Assembly: GCA_963850305.1 (NCBI GenBank) | Contig: CAWKKR010000001.1 | Span: 608,001-672,000, forward strand | Source: an uncultured delta proteobacterium | Lineage (GTDB): Bacteria > Myxococcota_A > Polyangia > Polyangiales > Polyangiaceae | Length of the DNA: 64,000 bases | Reading direction: 5' to 3' | Shown here: positions 9,698-19,914 of the stretch, piece after piece | Layout: every line of letters begins with the position of its first letter | Numbering within the stretch: position 1 is the stretch's first letter | Notes under the pieces: model-generated | The model's input: only the letters and a program-made list of their open reading frames with translations | The model's database searches: none | Told to the model about the DNA's origin: nothing | Translations under genes and position numbers: made by a program

Positions 9698-12600
9698 TCA
9701 GCGCCGCCGTCTGCGCGCCCGACGACGCCCTGCGGACGAGGCCGCGAGCAGCCCGAGCGCGACCAGCGTCGACGAGGGCGCTCGGCGACGTTCGCTCGGG
9801 ACGGAACATGCGCAGCCGCCACCGGCCAGGGTGCCTTCGATATTCGCCGCACCTCCGGTTTCCGGCGGTACCGACGACGCTCCTCCCGTCTCGAACGACG
9901 ACGTCCCGCCCGTCTCGAACGACGATGCGCCACCGGCGCCAGGCAAGGACGTCCCCGTACAGGTACCGATGTCGGACGTCACCGAGCTGCAGGTGTCGCC
10001 GCTCACGCATCCGTTTCCGCCCACGCCGCGGCAGCCATCGCGACAGACCCCGGTGCTCGTGTCGCAGACGCTGCCACTCGTGGTCGAGCCGCAGTCGCTA
10101 TCAGTGGAACAGCCGCAACCCGTCGCCGGACAGGAGTTGCCGCCGTCACCGTGCGACGTGCCCGAGTCACCCGCCGTGACGCAGCCCGAGCACGCGACTC
10201 CGCCGTCATGGATGACCGTCGTGCCACCGTCTCCGGCACTGGTCGTCCCGCCATCGTTGCCGGTCGTGCCGCCACCCGTGGGACCGCACTTGCCGTCTGC
10301 AACGTCGCACGTCCCGGAGCGGCACACGGTCGAGCCGTCCGTCGCCGTGCACGGCCCGTCGCCGTTGCCCAGGCCGCACTCATTGTCAGTGGCGTCGCAC
10401 ACGCCGGACCGACAAACCTCTGCCCCATTCCCGGTCGAACAAGGGCCCTGACCATTCGGGTAGCCGCACTTGCCGTCGGGTCCGACGACGCCGCTGCGGC
10501 ACTCGGCGGTGCCAGCGTCGTTCGGCGGAGTCGTGCCGTTCGCGTCACCGCACTTGTTGTCGGACGGATCGCAGACGCCGCTGAGACACGCGCGCTGGCC
10601 ATTCGCGACGGTGCATTTGCCGACTATCGGCGGGGCACCCGGCAGTGGCGAGCCGTTCGGGAGCTTGGGCTCGCACGTTCCGTTGCCGTCGCACCAGTCG
10701 GCGCTGCCGCAATCCGCATCGCTCGAACACGACGCGGTGCACGAGCCGTTCACGCAGAACGTGCCTGCGTGGGTCGGACCGAGACAGTCTGCGCTCGTCG
10801 AGCAGTGTCCGCACGCTCCTCCGGTCGCGCAATATGGAGCGCCCGACGTCGCGCATGGATGCGCGCTCGATACGCCGAGGTCCGACGTGCAACTCGTACA
10901 CGCGCCCGTCGCCGCGTTGCAGACCGGGGTGTTGCCGGTGCACGCCGTCGCCGAGCTCGCCGTGCATTCGACGCATTCGCTCGTCGTGGGGTTGCAGACC
11001 CCTGTCGGCGCACTGCAGTTCGCGTCTCCCGCACAGGCCTCGCACTTGCCCGAGTTCGTGCCGCTGGTGACGCAGAAGCCGGCCTGGCACTCGCCGGACG
11101 TCGTGCACGTCCCGTCGCCCTCGGCGATGCCGCACTTCTGGTTCGAGGTGTCGCAGACCGTCGACGTGCAAGCCCGGCCTCCGAGCGTCGCCGTGCAGGT
11201 GCCGCCGGGAACGGTGGTGCCGTTGGGCAGGGTTGGCCCGCAGACGCCGGCTTGCGTGATGTTGTTGCACCAATCACCGGTGCCGCACTGCTTGTCATTC
11301 ACGCAGTTCGCCGTGCACATCCCGGTCGTCGCGTTGCAGTACGGGGCCGCATTCGGGCACGGCTCGGTCGACGAACTGCCGGCGTTCCCATTGCATGCGA
11401 CGCACGCGTGCGTCGCCGAATTGCAGACTGGCGTCGCTCCGGAGCACTGGTTGTCCGCGGTGCACCCGACGCACTGGTTCGTCGTCGGGTCGCAGACCGG
11501 GGTCGTGCCCCCGCAGTCGGTGCCGGTCGCGCACGGCTCGCATTTGCCGGCGTTCGGACCCGTCGCGACGCACACGCCGGACTGGCACTGCGACGTGACC
11601 CCGCAGGGGCCGTCGCCCGGAGCGAATCCGCATTCGCTGTTCGCCGGGTCGCATACCCCCGACCGACAGACCACGACCCCCACGGTGGCGCTGCAGGTTC
11701 CGTTCAGTACGGGCGTGTGATCCGCAGAGGTGGGGATCTTCGCACCGTTCGCCAGCTTCGGTTTGCATGTGCCCGCAAAGGTGCCGCCGCTCGGGTCGTC
11801 GCACCACTGGGCGGTCGTGCACTCCCCGTCCGTCGTGCATTCTCCCGTGCACGTGTTCGTCGTCGGGTTGCAGTTCGGCGCGGCCGACGAGCAATCCGTG
11901 TTCGCGTTGCATTGCACACAGGCGCCGGTTCCACCGGAAGCGACGGAGTTACAGATGGGCGTCGCGGAGTTCGTCGCCGCACATTCGGCGTTCGACTGGC
12001 AGCCGCGGCAGAAACCCTGCGGGGTCGACTGATCGCAGATCGGGATATTGCCGCCGCACGCCGCGGGCTCGGCCTTGCAGTCGCAGAGATCTTCCAGATG
12101 ATTCGTGTTTTGATCCGCAAAAGGCGTCTGGCTGAGGACCCAGTAGGTGACCAGGTGCTCGTCCTTCGAGGCCCCCGTCGAGGCAGAGAACCCGGGATAC
12201 CCCTGCGTTCCGTTCAAATATTGCGTGACGTCCGAAAGCCCGGTTGCGGTGAGGATGGGGGTCGCGGGTTTCGTGGGAAGCGTCGCGGGGTTCGTCGGAT
12301 CCGCAAAGTTGGCCGCGACGTTCGTGTTGTTGAAGGTCATGTAGATCTTCGCCGTGCACGAACCGCCGGGGCACGTGTAATCGATCCACACGTCACGCGT
12401 GTCGTAGCTCGCCGTCGTCGACTCGAGCGAATGCAGGAGCACGTTCAGGGAGACCGGCTCGAACACCGAGACCGTCGCGTTCTCGGCCTGCCCGAGAAAC
12501 AGCGCTCCGGTGCCGTCACCGGCCGCGGTGTGATGGTTGTGCCCGCCGTACTCCACGCTGATGTGATTGCCATCGGGATCCTGTCGGGTCGCGTTCTGGT

Positions 12601-13105
12601 ACGTGTCGAGCTCGAGCGCGAAGCTCTGCGTGATCCCGGCGTAGGCGAAGCCTTCCCCCGCGCGACCGACCGACGTGAGTCCGGCGCCGGTCTTGCCCTC
12701 TCCGAGTGGGTCCCCGCCTGGATCGTTTTGGACCATGAACGAGAAGCCGTCAGCGCCGGCGGGCGGAGAGTCCGCCCCGCCGCCGGAGATGCGCACACGG
12801 AAGTGCTGGTACAGTGAACCGCCTGCGGTGAACGTGATGGGGATCTTGTGGAAGACGGTGCTGCGTTGATTGGCCGTTTCCGTCGTGACCACGATGCCTT
12901 GGCCTTTGCGCACACCGGTCGACGAGACGCTAGCGCCGTTGAGTTGCAGATCCGTCGTCTCCGCGGGGACGGAGAGATCACAGTACGCAAGCTCCTGAGC
13001 GCGGGCCTCCCGGGCGACGAGCGAACCGAAGAGCGACGCTAGCGCAGCGATCTGACACGCCGATGAGCGGAATCGAGAAGCCGTGGGCCTGATCATGTTC
13101 TTCAC
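9698..13105 (-). CDS. Cell-surface adhesin: L-type (legume-like) lectin domain + Cys-rich tandem repeats + MYXO-CTERM (TraA-like architecture)
   Basis: Signal peptide ending ARA|Q. Lectin motifs GADGFSFMVQ, FALELDTY, DGNHISV, GFSASTG. About 700 aa of Cys repeats (C..D..C....PVC......CV.C). C-terminal GGGCACS-hydrophobic-RRRR tail. Confidence 0.85.
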   Translation of the reverse strand: MKNMIRPTASRFRSSACQIAALASLFGSLVAREARAQELAYCDLSVPAETTDLQLNGASVSSTGVRKGQGIVVTTETANQRSTVFHKIPITFTAGGSLYQHFRVRISGGGADSPPAGADGFSFMVQNDPGGDPLGEGKTGAGLTSVGRAGEGFAYAGITQSFALELDTYQNATRQDPDGNHISVEYGGHNHHTAAGDGTGALFLGQAENATVSVFEPVSLNVLLHSLESTTASYDTRDVWIDYTCPGGSCTAKIYMTFNNTNVAANFADPTNPATLPTKPATPILTATGLSDVTQYLNGTQGYPGFSASTGASKDEHLVTYWVLSQTPFADQNTNHLEDLCDCKAEPAACGGNIPICDQSTPQGFCRGCQSNAECAATNSATPICNSVASGGTGACVQCNANTDCSSAAPNCNPTTNTCTGECTTDGECTTAQWCDDPSGGTFAGTCKPKLANGAKIPTSADHTPVLNGTCSATVGVVVCRSGVCDPANSECGFAPGDGPCGVTSQCQSGVCVATGPNAGKCEPCATGTDCGGTTPVCDPTTNQCVGCTADNQCSGATPVCNSATHACVACNGNAGSSSTEPCPNAAPYCNATTGMCTANCVNDKQCGTGDWCNNITQAGVCGPTLPNGTTVPGGTCTATLGGRACTSTVCDTSNQKCGIAEGDGTCTTSGECQAGFCVTSGTNSGKCEACAGDANCSAPTGVCNPTTSECVECTASSATACTGNTPVCNAATGACTSCTSDLGVSSAHPCATSGAPYCATGGACGHCSTSADCLGPTHAGTFCVNGSCTASCSSDADCGSADWCDGNGTCEPKLPNGSPLPGAPPIVGKCTVANGQRACLSGVCDPSDNKCGDANGTTPPNDAGTAECRSGVVGPDGKCGYPNGQGPCSTGNGAEVCRSGVCDATDNECGLGNGDGPCTATDGSTVCRSGTCDVADGKCGPTGGGTTGNDGGTTSAGDGGTTVIHDGGVACSGCVTAGDSGTSHGDGGNSCPATGCGCSTDSDCGSTTSGSVCDTSTGVCRDGCRGVGGNGCVSGDTCSSVTSDIGTCTGTSLPGAGGASSFETGGTSSFETGGASSVPPETGGAANIEGTLAGGGCACSVPSERRRAPSSTLVALGLLAASSAGRRRARRRRR

Positions 13106-13108
13106 TCC

Positions 13109-14839
13109 TTAGTCCGTGTCCGAAGAATCGGCGGGCTTGCCGTCGATCTCGCCGATGTGGAACTCGACTCGGCGATTGCGCTGCCGTCCGTCGCTCGTCG
13201 AGTTGTCGTCGATCGGGCGTTCCATCCCGAAGCCGGCGCTGGTCATGCGACGCGAAGCGATCCCGTGCTTCGTGAGCCAGCGGACGACGCTCGCCGCACG
13301 GCGCTGGCTCAGCCGCTTGTTGTAGGCCGCCGCCCCGCGGTTGTCGGTGTGGCCCTCGACGGAAATCTTCGTGATCTCGGAGTGGTCCTGCAAGATCTGA
13401 AGGACGGCGCTCAGAACGGTGTCGCTCTTGTGAAGGATGACGTCGCTTCCCGTCGCGAACTGAACCTGCTCGAGGATCTTGATCTGCCCCTTCTCGATGT
13501 GGGCCTCGGGGCATCCGTTCTTCTTCGGATCGTCGTTCTTCGGACCGGGATCCTTGGGGCAAGCGTCGTCCGGGTCGTCGATGCCGTCGCCGTCCGTGTC
13601 CTTCGGCGGCGGACATCCGTTCTTCTTCGGGTCGTCGTTCGCGACGCCCTTCTCGTCAGGGCAAGCGTCGTCGTCGTCGAGAATGCCGTCCCCGTCGCGA
13701 TCTCGGATCGGGCAACCGTTCTTCTCGGGATCATCGCTCGGCACGCCCTTCTCGTCGGGGCAAGCGTCCGTCTTGTCGGGGATCCCGTCGTGATCGCGGT
13801 CGTGCTTCTTGTGCCGCGGGCAGCCATTCCGCTTGGGATTTTTGCTATGAACGCCGGGCGTGTCCGGGCACGCATCTTCATCGTCGATGATGCCGTCCCC
13901 GTCGCGATCGGACGGCTCCGCCTTCGGCTCTTCCATCGCCGGCGCCCACTCGAACGAAGCGAGCACTCGCACCTTCGGCGTCCCGTAACCCTCCGTGAGG
14001 CCCGGACCGACGCCGAGACCGAACCGGAACGGGTTCACGAAATAGTGCGCGCCGATGACCGCCTCGAGAGGCGAACCACGCTTCGAAAATGCATCGCCCC
14101 CCTGCACGACGGTCGAGCCGTACACTTCGGGGCCGACGAGCAGCTTCTGATCGACGAGGCGCACGCCCGCAGCCGCGGACCAGAAAACCTCGTTGCCGAT
14201 GGACTGCCCGGCAAAAGTGCCGCTCTCCGCCCGGTAATCGAACCCGAGGCGCCCGGCGTACTCGAACTGCCCGGCCTCGCCGGCGACGGAAAAGTGCGGG
14301 GACAGGCGCATCTTGCCATCTCCCGCAAACGCTTTCTGACTACCGGTCGGGAACCACGCCGAGAGTCCGACGGCGCCCGTGATGATCGACCCGTATCGAC
14401 CAAACAGGCGTCCATCGGCGGAGATACGAAGATCGCCGAGTGCCGCGCCGTTGGTCGTCGAGAAGTCCGCTCCTCCGACCGTCCCGCTGTTCCCCGAAAC
14501 GACCGCAGCGATCGGCAGGTTCAATCCCAGCCGTAGTCTGTCCCACAAGACCAGACTGCCCCCCAGATGAAAGAAGAGCTGACTCGAGACGAGGGGACGA
14601 ACCTCATTCCCGTTCGTGTCGTAAAAGACGAGCGGCTTGTAGCCGTAATCCGCGACGAGACCGACGGCGGGTCTCAGGTGACCCTGGATGTCCAGTGAAT
14701 CGAGAGCGAACCAGTCGCTCCCGCGCTCGGAGGGCTCGAAGCGATCCGCGGCGAAGCCCGCCGTGGTCGCATCCGCGCTCGCGATTTCCGGGGCGAGCAG
14801 AGCCGTCGCCGCCAGAGCCACGAAAGGAAGAAGCTTCAT
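13109..14839 (-). CDS. TraB-like OM protein: beta-barrel + thrombospondin type-3 (Ca-binding) repeats + OmpA peptidoglycan-binding domain
   Basis: Signal peptide MKLLPFVALAA, ADRFEPSERGSDWF N-terminus, four DxDGDGIxDxxDACP repeats, OmpA motifs VEGHTDNRG, LSQRRAASV, RNRRVEF. Its stop overlaps the RBS (TAAGGAG) of the downstream adhesin. Confidence 0.88.
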   Translation of the reverse strand: MKLLPFVALAATALLAPEIASADATTAGFAADRFEPSERGSDWFALDSLDIQGHLRPAVGLVADYGYKPLVFYDTNGNEVRPLVSSQLFFHLGGSLVLWDRLRLGLNLPIAAVVSGNSGTVGGADFSTTNGAALGDLRISADGRLFGRYGSIITGAVGLSAWFPTGSQKAFAGDGKMRLSPHFSVAGEAGQFEYAGRLGFDYRAESGTFAGQSIGNEVFWSAAAGVRLVDQKLLVGPEVYGSTVVQGGDAFSKRGSPLEAVIGAHYFVNPFRFGLGVGPGLTEGYGTPKVRVLASFEWAPAMEEPKAEPSDRDGDGIIDDEDACPDTPGVHSKNPKRNGCPRHKKHDRDHDGIPDKTDACPDEKGVPSDDPEKNGCPIRDRDGDGILDDDDACPDEKGVANDDPKKNGCPPPKDTDGDGIDDPDDACPKDPGPKNDDPKKNGCPEAHIEKGQIKILEQVQFATGSDVILHKSDTVLSAVLQILQDHSEITKISVEGHTDNRGAAAYNKRLSQRRAASVVRWLTKHGIASRRMTSAGFGMERPIDDNSTSDGRQRNRRVEFHIGEIDGKPADSSDTD

Positions 14840-14999
14840 TTGAGACTGCCGCGCCCGTACGCCGGGCAATTCTTCTCTTTCTACATCACCGGGTGCGGGC
14901 AAGGAAGATCGCTTCCCGCCCTTCTTCATCACGCTTCATCGCGCGAACTCGTCTACGTGTCGGGCCTCGTCCGGTCAGGTGCGCGAACGTGCGTGCGCG

Positions 15000-16374
15000 T
15001 CACGCCGCGACGGCGCCGCGGATCACGACGCTCAACCCGCGAGGTTCGATCCGCTCGAACGCGAGCGACCAGCCACAGTGCGCGCAAACTTCGCTCGCGA
15101 TGGCGAGACCAAGTCCGCTGCCGCTCGGATCCCGTTGACGCGCCTCGTCGCTGCGAAATGTCCTTTCCCCGAGCCGCGGTAACTCGGACGGCAGCACGCC
15201 TGGCCCGTCGTCCGCGACGACGAGCGAGAACCCGCGCGTCCCTGCCTCGAGCACCACCGCGACGTGTCCACCTGGATTGCCATACGCCACCGCATTCTCG
15301 ACCAGGTTGGTCAGCGCCTGTTCGGCGGCGGTCGGATGACACGTGACCACGATCGGCCCGTCGGGCCGAGCCACCTCGAGCGACATGCCACGATTCCTGG
15401 CAAAATATCGGACGCGCGCCACGACGCGCTCGGCGAGCTCTCCGAGATCGACGCTCGAGCCCAGTGCACCGGGGTTCCATCCATCGCGGAGCTGGTACGC
15501 GAGGCGGAGGTTCGCCGTCAGCCCGGCGAGGTACACGACGTCGCGAATGGAACCGCGGAGCAACTCGACGAGGACCGGGTCGCTACTCCGTTCGGCCGCC
15601 TGCGCGAGCGCGATCTGCAGGGATGCGATCGGCGTACGGAGGTCGTGAGCCACGTCCGCCAGGTGTCGCTCGAGATCCTCCTGCCGACTCTCGAGGGCTT
15701 CGGCGTCGGTACGGATGCGCGCGTGGGCCTGGTCCAAGATCGTCGACAGCTCGCCGAGCTCGTCGCTCCCGAGGTCGCTCGCCGACGCGTATTCTCCGGC
15801 ACGTCCGACTTTCCCGGCGGCGGTGCGGAGTCGATCGAATCCTCCGCGTGACGGGACCGACGACCGCGACGACGCCGAGCCCCGCAGCGAGCACCATCAC
15901 GACGAGCGCGCCGAGAATCATGAGATCGAAGGAGCGGCGGTGAAGCGGCGATCTGGACGGCAAGGTCGCCTGTATCAGGCTGCAGGGACCCGAGTCCGCG
16001 CCGCGGAGCAGCAACACGCCGCGCTCGGCTCCGAGACGGTGGATGGCCGCGGGCGCCGCTTCGCCCGATACGAGGCGGCGATAAAGGTCGAGGTCGAGAG
16101 GCGGCGACGACGGGTTTCGCGAGAGCTGCGTCGATTCGTCGTAAGCATCGAGGCGTGCACTCCGCTCGAGCTGGAGAGCCCATGTTTGCGGGGATCGTTC
16201 GCATCGGCGGAGCTCGGCCGTGTCGAACGTCCGGTGGATGTACGGCGCGAACGCCGATTGAACGGCATCGCGGGTCGCGTGCAGCATCAACGCCCACGCG
16301 ACCGAGAGCCCCAGAAGACCGCACAGGACCGAGCTTGCGACGATTCGCGTGCCGAGACCACGCCACAATCTCAT
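15000..16374 (-). CDS. HAMP-domain sensor histidine kinase, frameshifted near 15835
   Basis: Two TM helices in ORF 15583..16374. H-box VAHDLRTP, N-box NLVENAVAY, DDGPG and GSGLGLAI in ORF 15000..15737. The HAMP segment is split across frames. Confidence 0.88.
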
Positions 16375-17060
16375 GAAGCGGACAGCTCGGCCTCGAAGCG
16401 GTAGCCGATCCCCCAGACAGTGACGATGTGCGCGCCGGCTTGCGGGCCGAGCTTCTTGCGGATGCGGGCGATGTGACTATCGATGGTGCGGGCGTCACGG
16501 TGCTCGAACGGAGCGAGAGCGTGCTCGGCGAGTTGCTCGCGCGAGATCGCGCGCCCGACCCGTTCCACCAGATGTCCGAGGACGTCGAACTCATGGCGCG
16601 TGAGACTCGCATCAGCGCCATCGACCGCCGCGACGCGCCGGTCCCAGTCGAGCTCGGCATTCGCCCACTTGGCGACCCGCTTCGGTGACACCGGCGTGAT
16701 CGCGAGGCGAGTCCTGAGTCGCACCACCAGCTCCTCGAGCCAGAAGGGCTTCGCGATGAAGTCGGCCGCGCCCAGCGCGAAGCAGGCGAGCCGATCTTTC
16801 AATTCGCTCTTCGCGGACAGCACGACGATGGGCAGGGACTGGCGCCCCTTCAGTTGCTCGAGAACGGTGAGCCCGCCTTGCACCGGCAGCATCAGGTCGA
16901 GGACGACGGCGTCGAACCGACGCTCGAGCGCTTTCTTCGTGCCCTCGCGTCCATCCGTCGCGAGCTCGACCTCGAACCCTGCGCCCATCAATCCCCGGAC
17001 GATGCCGCCCGCGACGCCCGCGTCGTCTTCGACCACCAGAATTCGCGATCGCGCTTCCAC
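16371..17060 (-). CDS. OmpR/PhoB family response regulator
   Basis: ILVVEDD, VLDLMLP, GAADFIAKPF, winged-helix LTRHEFDVL...IDSHIARIRKKL...TVWGIGYRF. ATGA overlap with the kinase. Confidence 0.93.
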   Translation of the reverse strand: MEARSRILVVEDDAGVAGGIVRGLMGAGFEVELATDGREGTKKALERRFDAVVLDLMLPVQGGLTVLEQLKGRQSLPIVVLSAKSELKDRLACFALGAADFIAKPFWLEELVVRLRTRLAITPVSPKRVAKWANAELDWDRRVAAVDGADASLTRHEFDVLGHLVERVGRAISREQLAEHALAPFEHRDARTIDSHIARIRKKLGPQAGAHIVTVWGIGYRFEAELSAS

Positions 17061-17181
17061 GAGGGGAGACGGTAGTCCAGAGCGGCCCGGTGTGAAGGAC
17101 GAGACGGACGAGGCTCTGCTCGAGACGGCTCGTCCCCCGAAGCTCAAGGTTCGTCGGATCGGCTCGCGCGCCCCGCAGGGG

Positions 17182-17742
17182 TTACGCGGACGGCCTCCAG
17201 GGCGGCGTCGCCGACGCAATGGACGGCCGCCTCTCGACGACCTGGCCACCTTTATAGGTCTCCACGTCGTAGACGACGTGCGCTCCGCTCCATTGCATTT
17301 CGAACCACGTTCCGACCCGAACGCCAGCCTCGTATTGTCCACGCTCGGCCACGCCCGCCAGCTCGGCACTCGTGGGATCGAGGCGATTGCTCGCGTACGG
17401 GCCTTGAAGCTGTCCCTGCGCGTCGCGACACGCCACTTCACCGAGCGCCTCCGTCCGGAGATCGGCTCGCTCCGTCCCCGCGGGGCAGGGCGAAAGACCA
17501 ACGAAGACGTTCGGAATACTGCGCGCTTCGAGCGCGGCACCATCCCCGTGAACCGTGACCATCTCGGGTTCGGCCCCCGGGGAATCATTCCCGCTCTCTT
17601 CCGTCGCAGTAGCCGCCTCGGCCGGGTCGGACGCGACTGCGGTGGAGGCAACGTCAGCAGAAGATCGAGCAGGTGTCACACCGCAGCCGACCACCAGTGA
17701 AAGGCCCGCGAAGAAGAAGGTAGCGTTTCGAACCATGCGCAA
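17182..17742 (-). CDS. Hypothetical lipoprotein with MORN/YwqK-like beta-hairpin repeat
   Basis: Lipobox VVGC. GQLQGPYAS...ERGQYEAGVRVGTWFE...ETYKGGQVV resembles YwqK/MORN2 repeats. Upstream of the two-component pair on the same strand. Confidence 0.6.
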   Translation of the reverse strand: MRMVRNATFFFAGLSLVVGCGVTPARSSADVASTAVASDPAEAATATEESGNDSPGAEPEMVTVHGDGAALEARSIPNVFVGLSPCPAGTERADLRTEALGEVACRDAQGQLQGPYASNRLDPTSAELAGVAERGQYEAGVRVGTWFEMQWSGAHVVYDVETYKGGQVVERRPSIASATPPWRPSA

Positions 17743-17983
17743 TGCTCGTTTCCGAACGTAACCCCGACCACGAGGGGGTTATTCGCCGCAAAATGCGGTT
17801 TCTCCCCATCGGGGGGCAGCAGCCCCGAAAATCGGAGGGATCCGAGCGTAGTTCACGCTGAAGACCTAGTCCAGAAACGTTCGCGCCTCATTCCGGCGCG
17901 GTCCGGACTCGGAACGAGCAGGCGCGGAAGCGCCGCGAGGCCAGCGCGCTCGCTGACCCCGCGGAGCCCCCACCGTAGCGATT

Positions 17984-18799
17984 TTACGAAAGAGACGGGT
18001 AGATGCCGGAAACGCAGATCATGTACGTGAGACCGTTGGGCGCGGCGTCACGGAGATCCGGCAGCGCGAAGGTCGTCTGGCCATCCCCACCGAAGCGGGT
18101 GCCGAGCAGGGAGAAGAGCGCAGTGTTCTGGTTGATCTGGAGGACCTGTCCGGCGGCGGGGACACCGACCCCCGCGCCCCCGGCGAAGAGCATCACTTCC
18201 CCCAGCGTGCACGTGGCACCGGTGCCCGCCTGCGTGGCAGTCGTGTCCGCGCCGAAGCGCGAGTCCGGTGTCTCGGCGCCCGCGGGTCCTTGCGGACCTG
18301 GGGCCCCTTGCGGACCCTGGAGACCCTGAGCTCCCGTCGCACCTTGTGGCCCGGGCGGACCCGCAGGCCCCACGGGCCCCTGAGCTCCGGTCATGCCGAT
18401 AGGACCCATCGGGCCCTCGGCGCCGGCGGGACCTGGCGTGCCGTTGCATACGAACGTCGTGCTCGTCCCGAGGGTGAACTGCGCGCCGCCGTATGGGCAG
18501 TTCGCGTTACCGACGTTGAGCGATTGCCCGTACACCGACGTGCCTGCCGGACCGGTTGCACCTGCCGGACCCGCGGGACCTGCGGCGCCGGCGGTGCCCG
18601 CTGCACCTTTTTGGTTCCAGGTCAGATTCGTTTCTCCGAAAAAGCAACTCTGCGTTGCGCTGTCGATGATGCGAATCGTTCCAAGGAGCGGACTGTAGCA
18701 ACCGTGAATGACGCCATTGGCGTCGGGGACCGAAGCGAGCGCGTTTCCTGCAATGAACCCACCTGCAGCGAGCGATATCAACAGTGCATGGAGCTTCAT
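17984..18799 (-). CDS. Secreted collagen-triple-helix protein with C-terminal phage tail-collar domain
   Basis: Signal peptide, [14 protein letters not shown]-domain, two (Gly-X-Y)n tracts, collar signature LGEVMLFAG...[44 protein letters not shown]. Confidence 0.85.
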   Translation of the reverse strand: MKLHALLISLAAGGFIAGNALASVPDANGVIHGCYSPLLGTIRIIDSATQSCFFGETNLTWNQKGAAGTAGAAGPAGPAGATGPAGTSVYGQSLNVGNANCPYGGAQFTLGTSTTFVCNGTPGPAGAEGPMGPIGMTGAQGPVGPAGPPGPQGATGAQGLQGPQGAPGPQGPAGAETPDSRFGADTTATQAGTGATCTLGEVMLFAGGAGVGVPAAGQVLQINQNTALFSLLGTRFGGDGQTTFALPDLRDAAPNGLTYMICVSGIYPSLS

Positions 18800-18937
18800 G
18801 TGAGCCCTCCTTCTCCGCCCGTGATTCGCACACGCCGAAGGAACCTGTCCACACTCCAAAAGTGGAGCCCTCACGATTGACCAGTCGGTCTAGCGCAGGT
18901 GTGCGACGCACGCTGAAGACCGAGAGCAGGACCCAAA

Positions 18938-19104
18938 CCCACGCTTGCTCCAGCCCTTTCACGGCGCCGAGCGCAGCGAGTACCGGGGGGAGAGTCGCGT
19001 AGCGAGCTACGGGGGGCGGGTCGCCCCCCAGAACAAAACCCCACGTCGCCAGTGACGTCCCTCCCCACGCTTGCTCCAGCCCTTTCACGGCGCCGAGCGC
19101 AGCG
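18938..19104. repeat. 41-bp perfect direct repeat flanking a GC hairpin (REP/MITE-like)
   Basis: cccacgcttgctccagccctttcacggcgccgagcgcagcg at 18938-18978 and 19064-19104. Hairpin GGGGGG-cgggtcg-CCCCCC at 19011-19029 lies between them. Confidence 0.85.
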
Positions 19105-19110
19105 GTGAAC

Positions 19111-19914
19111 TTAAGGGGCGCCGGCGTCGCTTACGCAACCCGCCTGCGACGTCGAACTCGCGGCACCGAGGGTCGTATTCCAGTCCCCTGAACCACCGTA
19201 GGGCGTCGAGAGGTTCGAACTGTCCGGTTCGTACACCTTCCACGTGCCCGTGAAAGAGTGAGTGAGCTTGTCATACGTCGCAGGAAGCGGCCCGTCGAAG
19301 GTGCCGGCGGGCGGCCCCACGACGATGCCGAACCAATAGCCGCCGTTCGTGAGCTTGCTGTTCACGAGCTCCCCCTTCTTGCAGTCAAGGGTGCCCACGA
19401 TGTCGGCGCTGAAGGGAAACAAGCCATCCGCCAAGCCGCAGAGCTTCCCGCCCGTAATCGTGAAAAACTCGCCGTCGGTCGATTGCGCGAGCGTCAAAGA
19501 CAGGTTTCCCGCCACCGGAATCGGAACCCCGACGACGGTCCAGGTCGAGGAATAAAATCCCGAGAAGGTTCCGCTGTAATGACCGGCCTCGCACGTCCCG
19601 GTGCTCGTCGCTTCGGGCCAGCTGAAGGTGATGGACGTGTTGTACGGGTACGGTCCGGCATCACCGTCGTAGTAGACGGGTACGCCTCCGGAACCCGGGG
19701 TCGACACGCTTCCACCACTGCCGGCATAGGCGTTTCCGCCCCCGGCGCTGTAATAGCCGCCGGCGCTGTTCCCGCCGCCGCCGAAATAGCCGCCGACTCC
19801 GTAGGCCCCGCCGCTGCCAGCCTGGGACGCGCCGCCGCTCGCGCTGCACGCCGGAAGCATGCAGAATAAAGGCAGTACAGATTTTCCAACCGAGCGCCAA
19901 ACTCGACGGCTCAT
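19111..19914 (-). CDS. Hypothetical Gly-rich lipoprotein
   Basis: MSRRVWRS...LPAC lipobox, Gly/Tyr-rich linker, beta-rich C-domain (CEAGHYSGTFSG...GSGDWN). Confidence 0.75.
   Translation of the reverse strand: MSRRVWRSVGKSVLPLFCMLPACSASGGASQAGSGGAYGVGGYFGGGGNSAGGYYSAGGGNAYAGSGGSVSTPGSGGVPVYYDGDAGPYPYNTSITFSWPEATSTGTCEAGHYSGTFSGFYSSTWTVVGVPIPVAGNLSLTLAQSTDGEFFTITGGKLCGLADGLFPFSADIVGTLDCKKGELVNSKLTNGGYWFGIVVGPPAGTFDGPLPATYDKLTHSFTGTWKVYEPDSSNLSTPYGGSGDWNTTLGAASSTSQAGCVSDAGAP

Noticed and set aside
10151..12817. 888-aa plus-strand ORF and similar long Arg/Ala-rich ORFs (e.g. 22445..24796, 658..2037, 49182..50519)
   Set aside because: These are antisense or alternate-frame shadows of well-supported genes, expected at this GC content, and show no motifs.
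9698..14839. Assigning the gene symbols traA/traB
   Set aside because: The architecture is analogous, but the tip domain and gene order differ. Orthology cannot be shown without phylogeny.
17984..18300. Prophage, suggested by the tail-collar domain
   Set aside because: No terminase, capsid, integrase or other phage gene is present, and the protein has a signal peptide.
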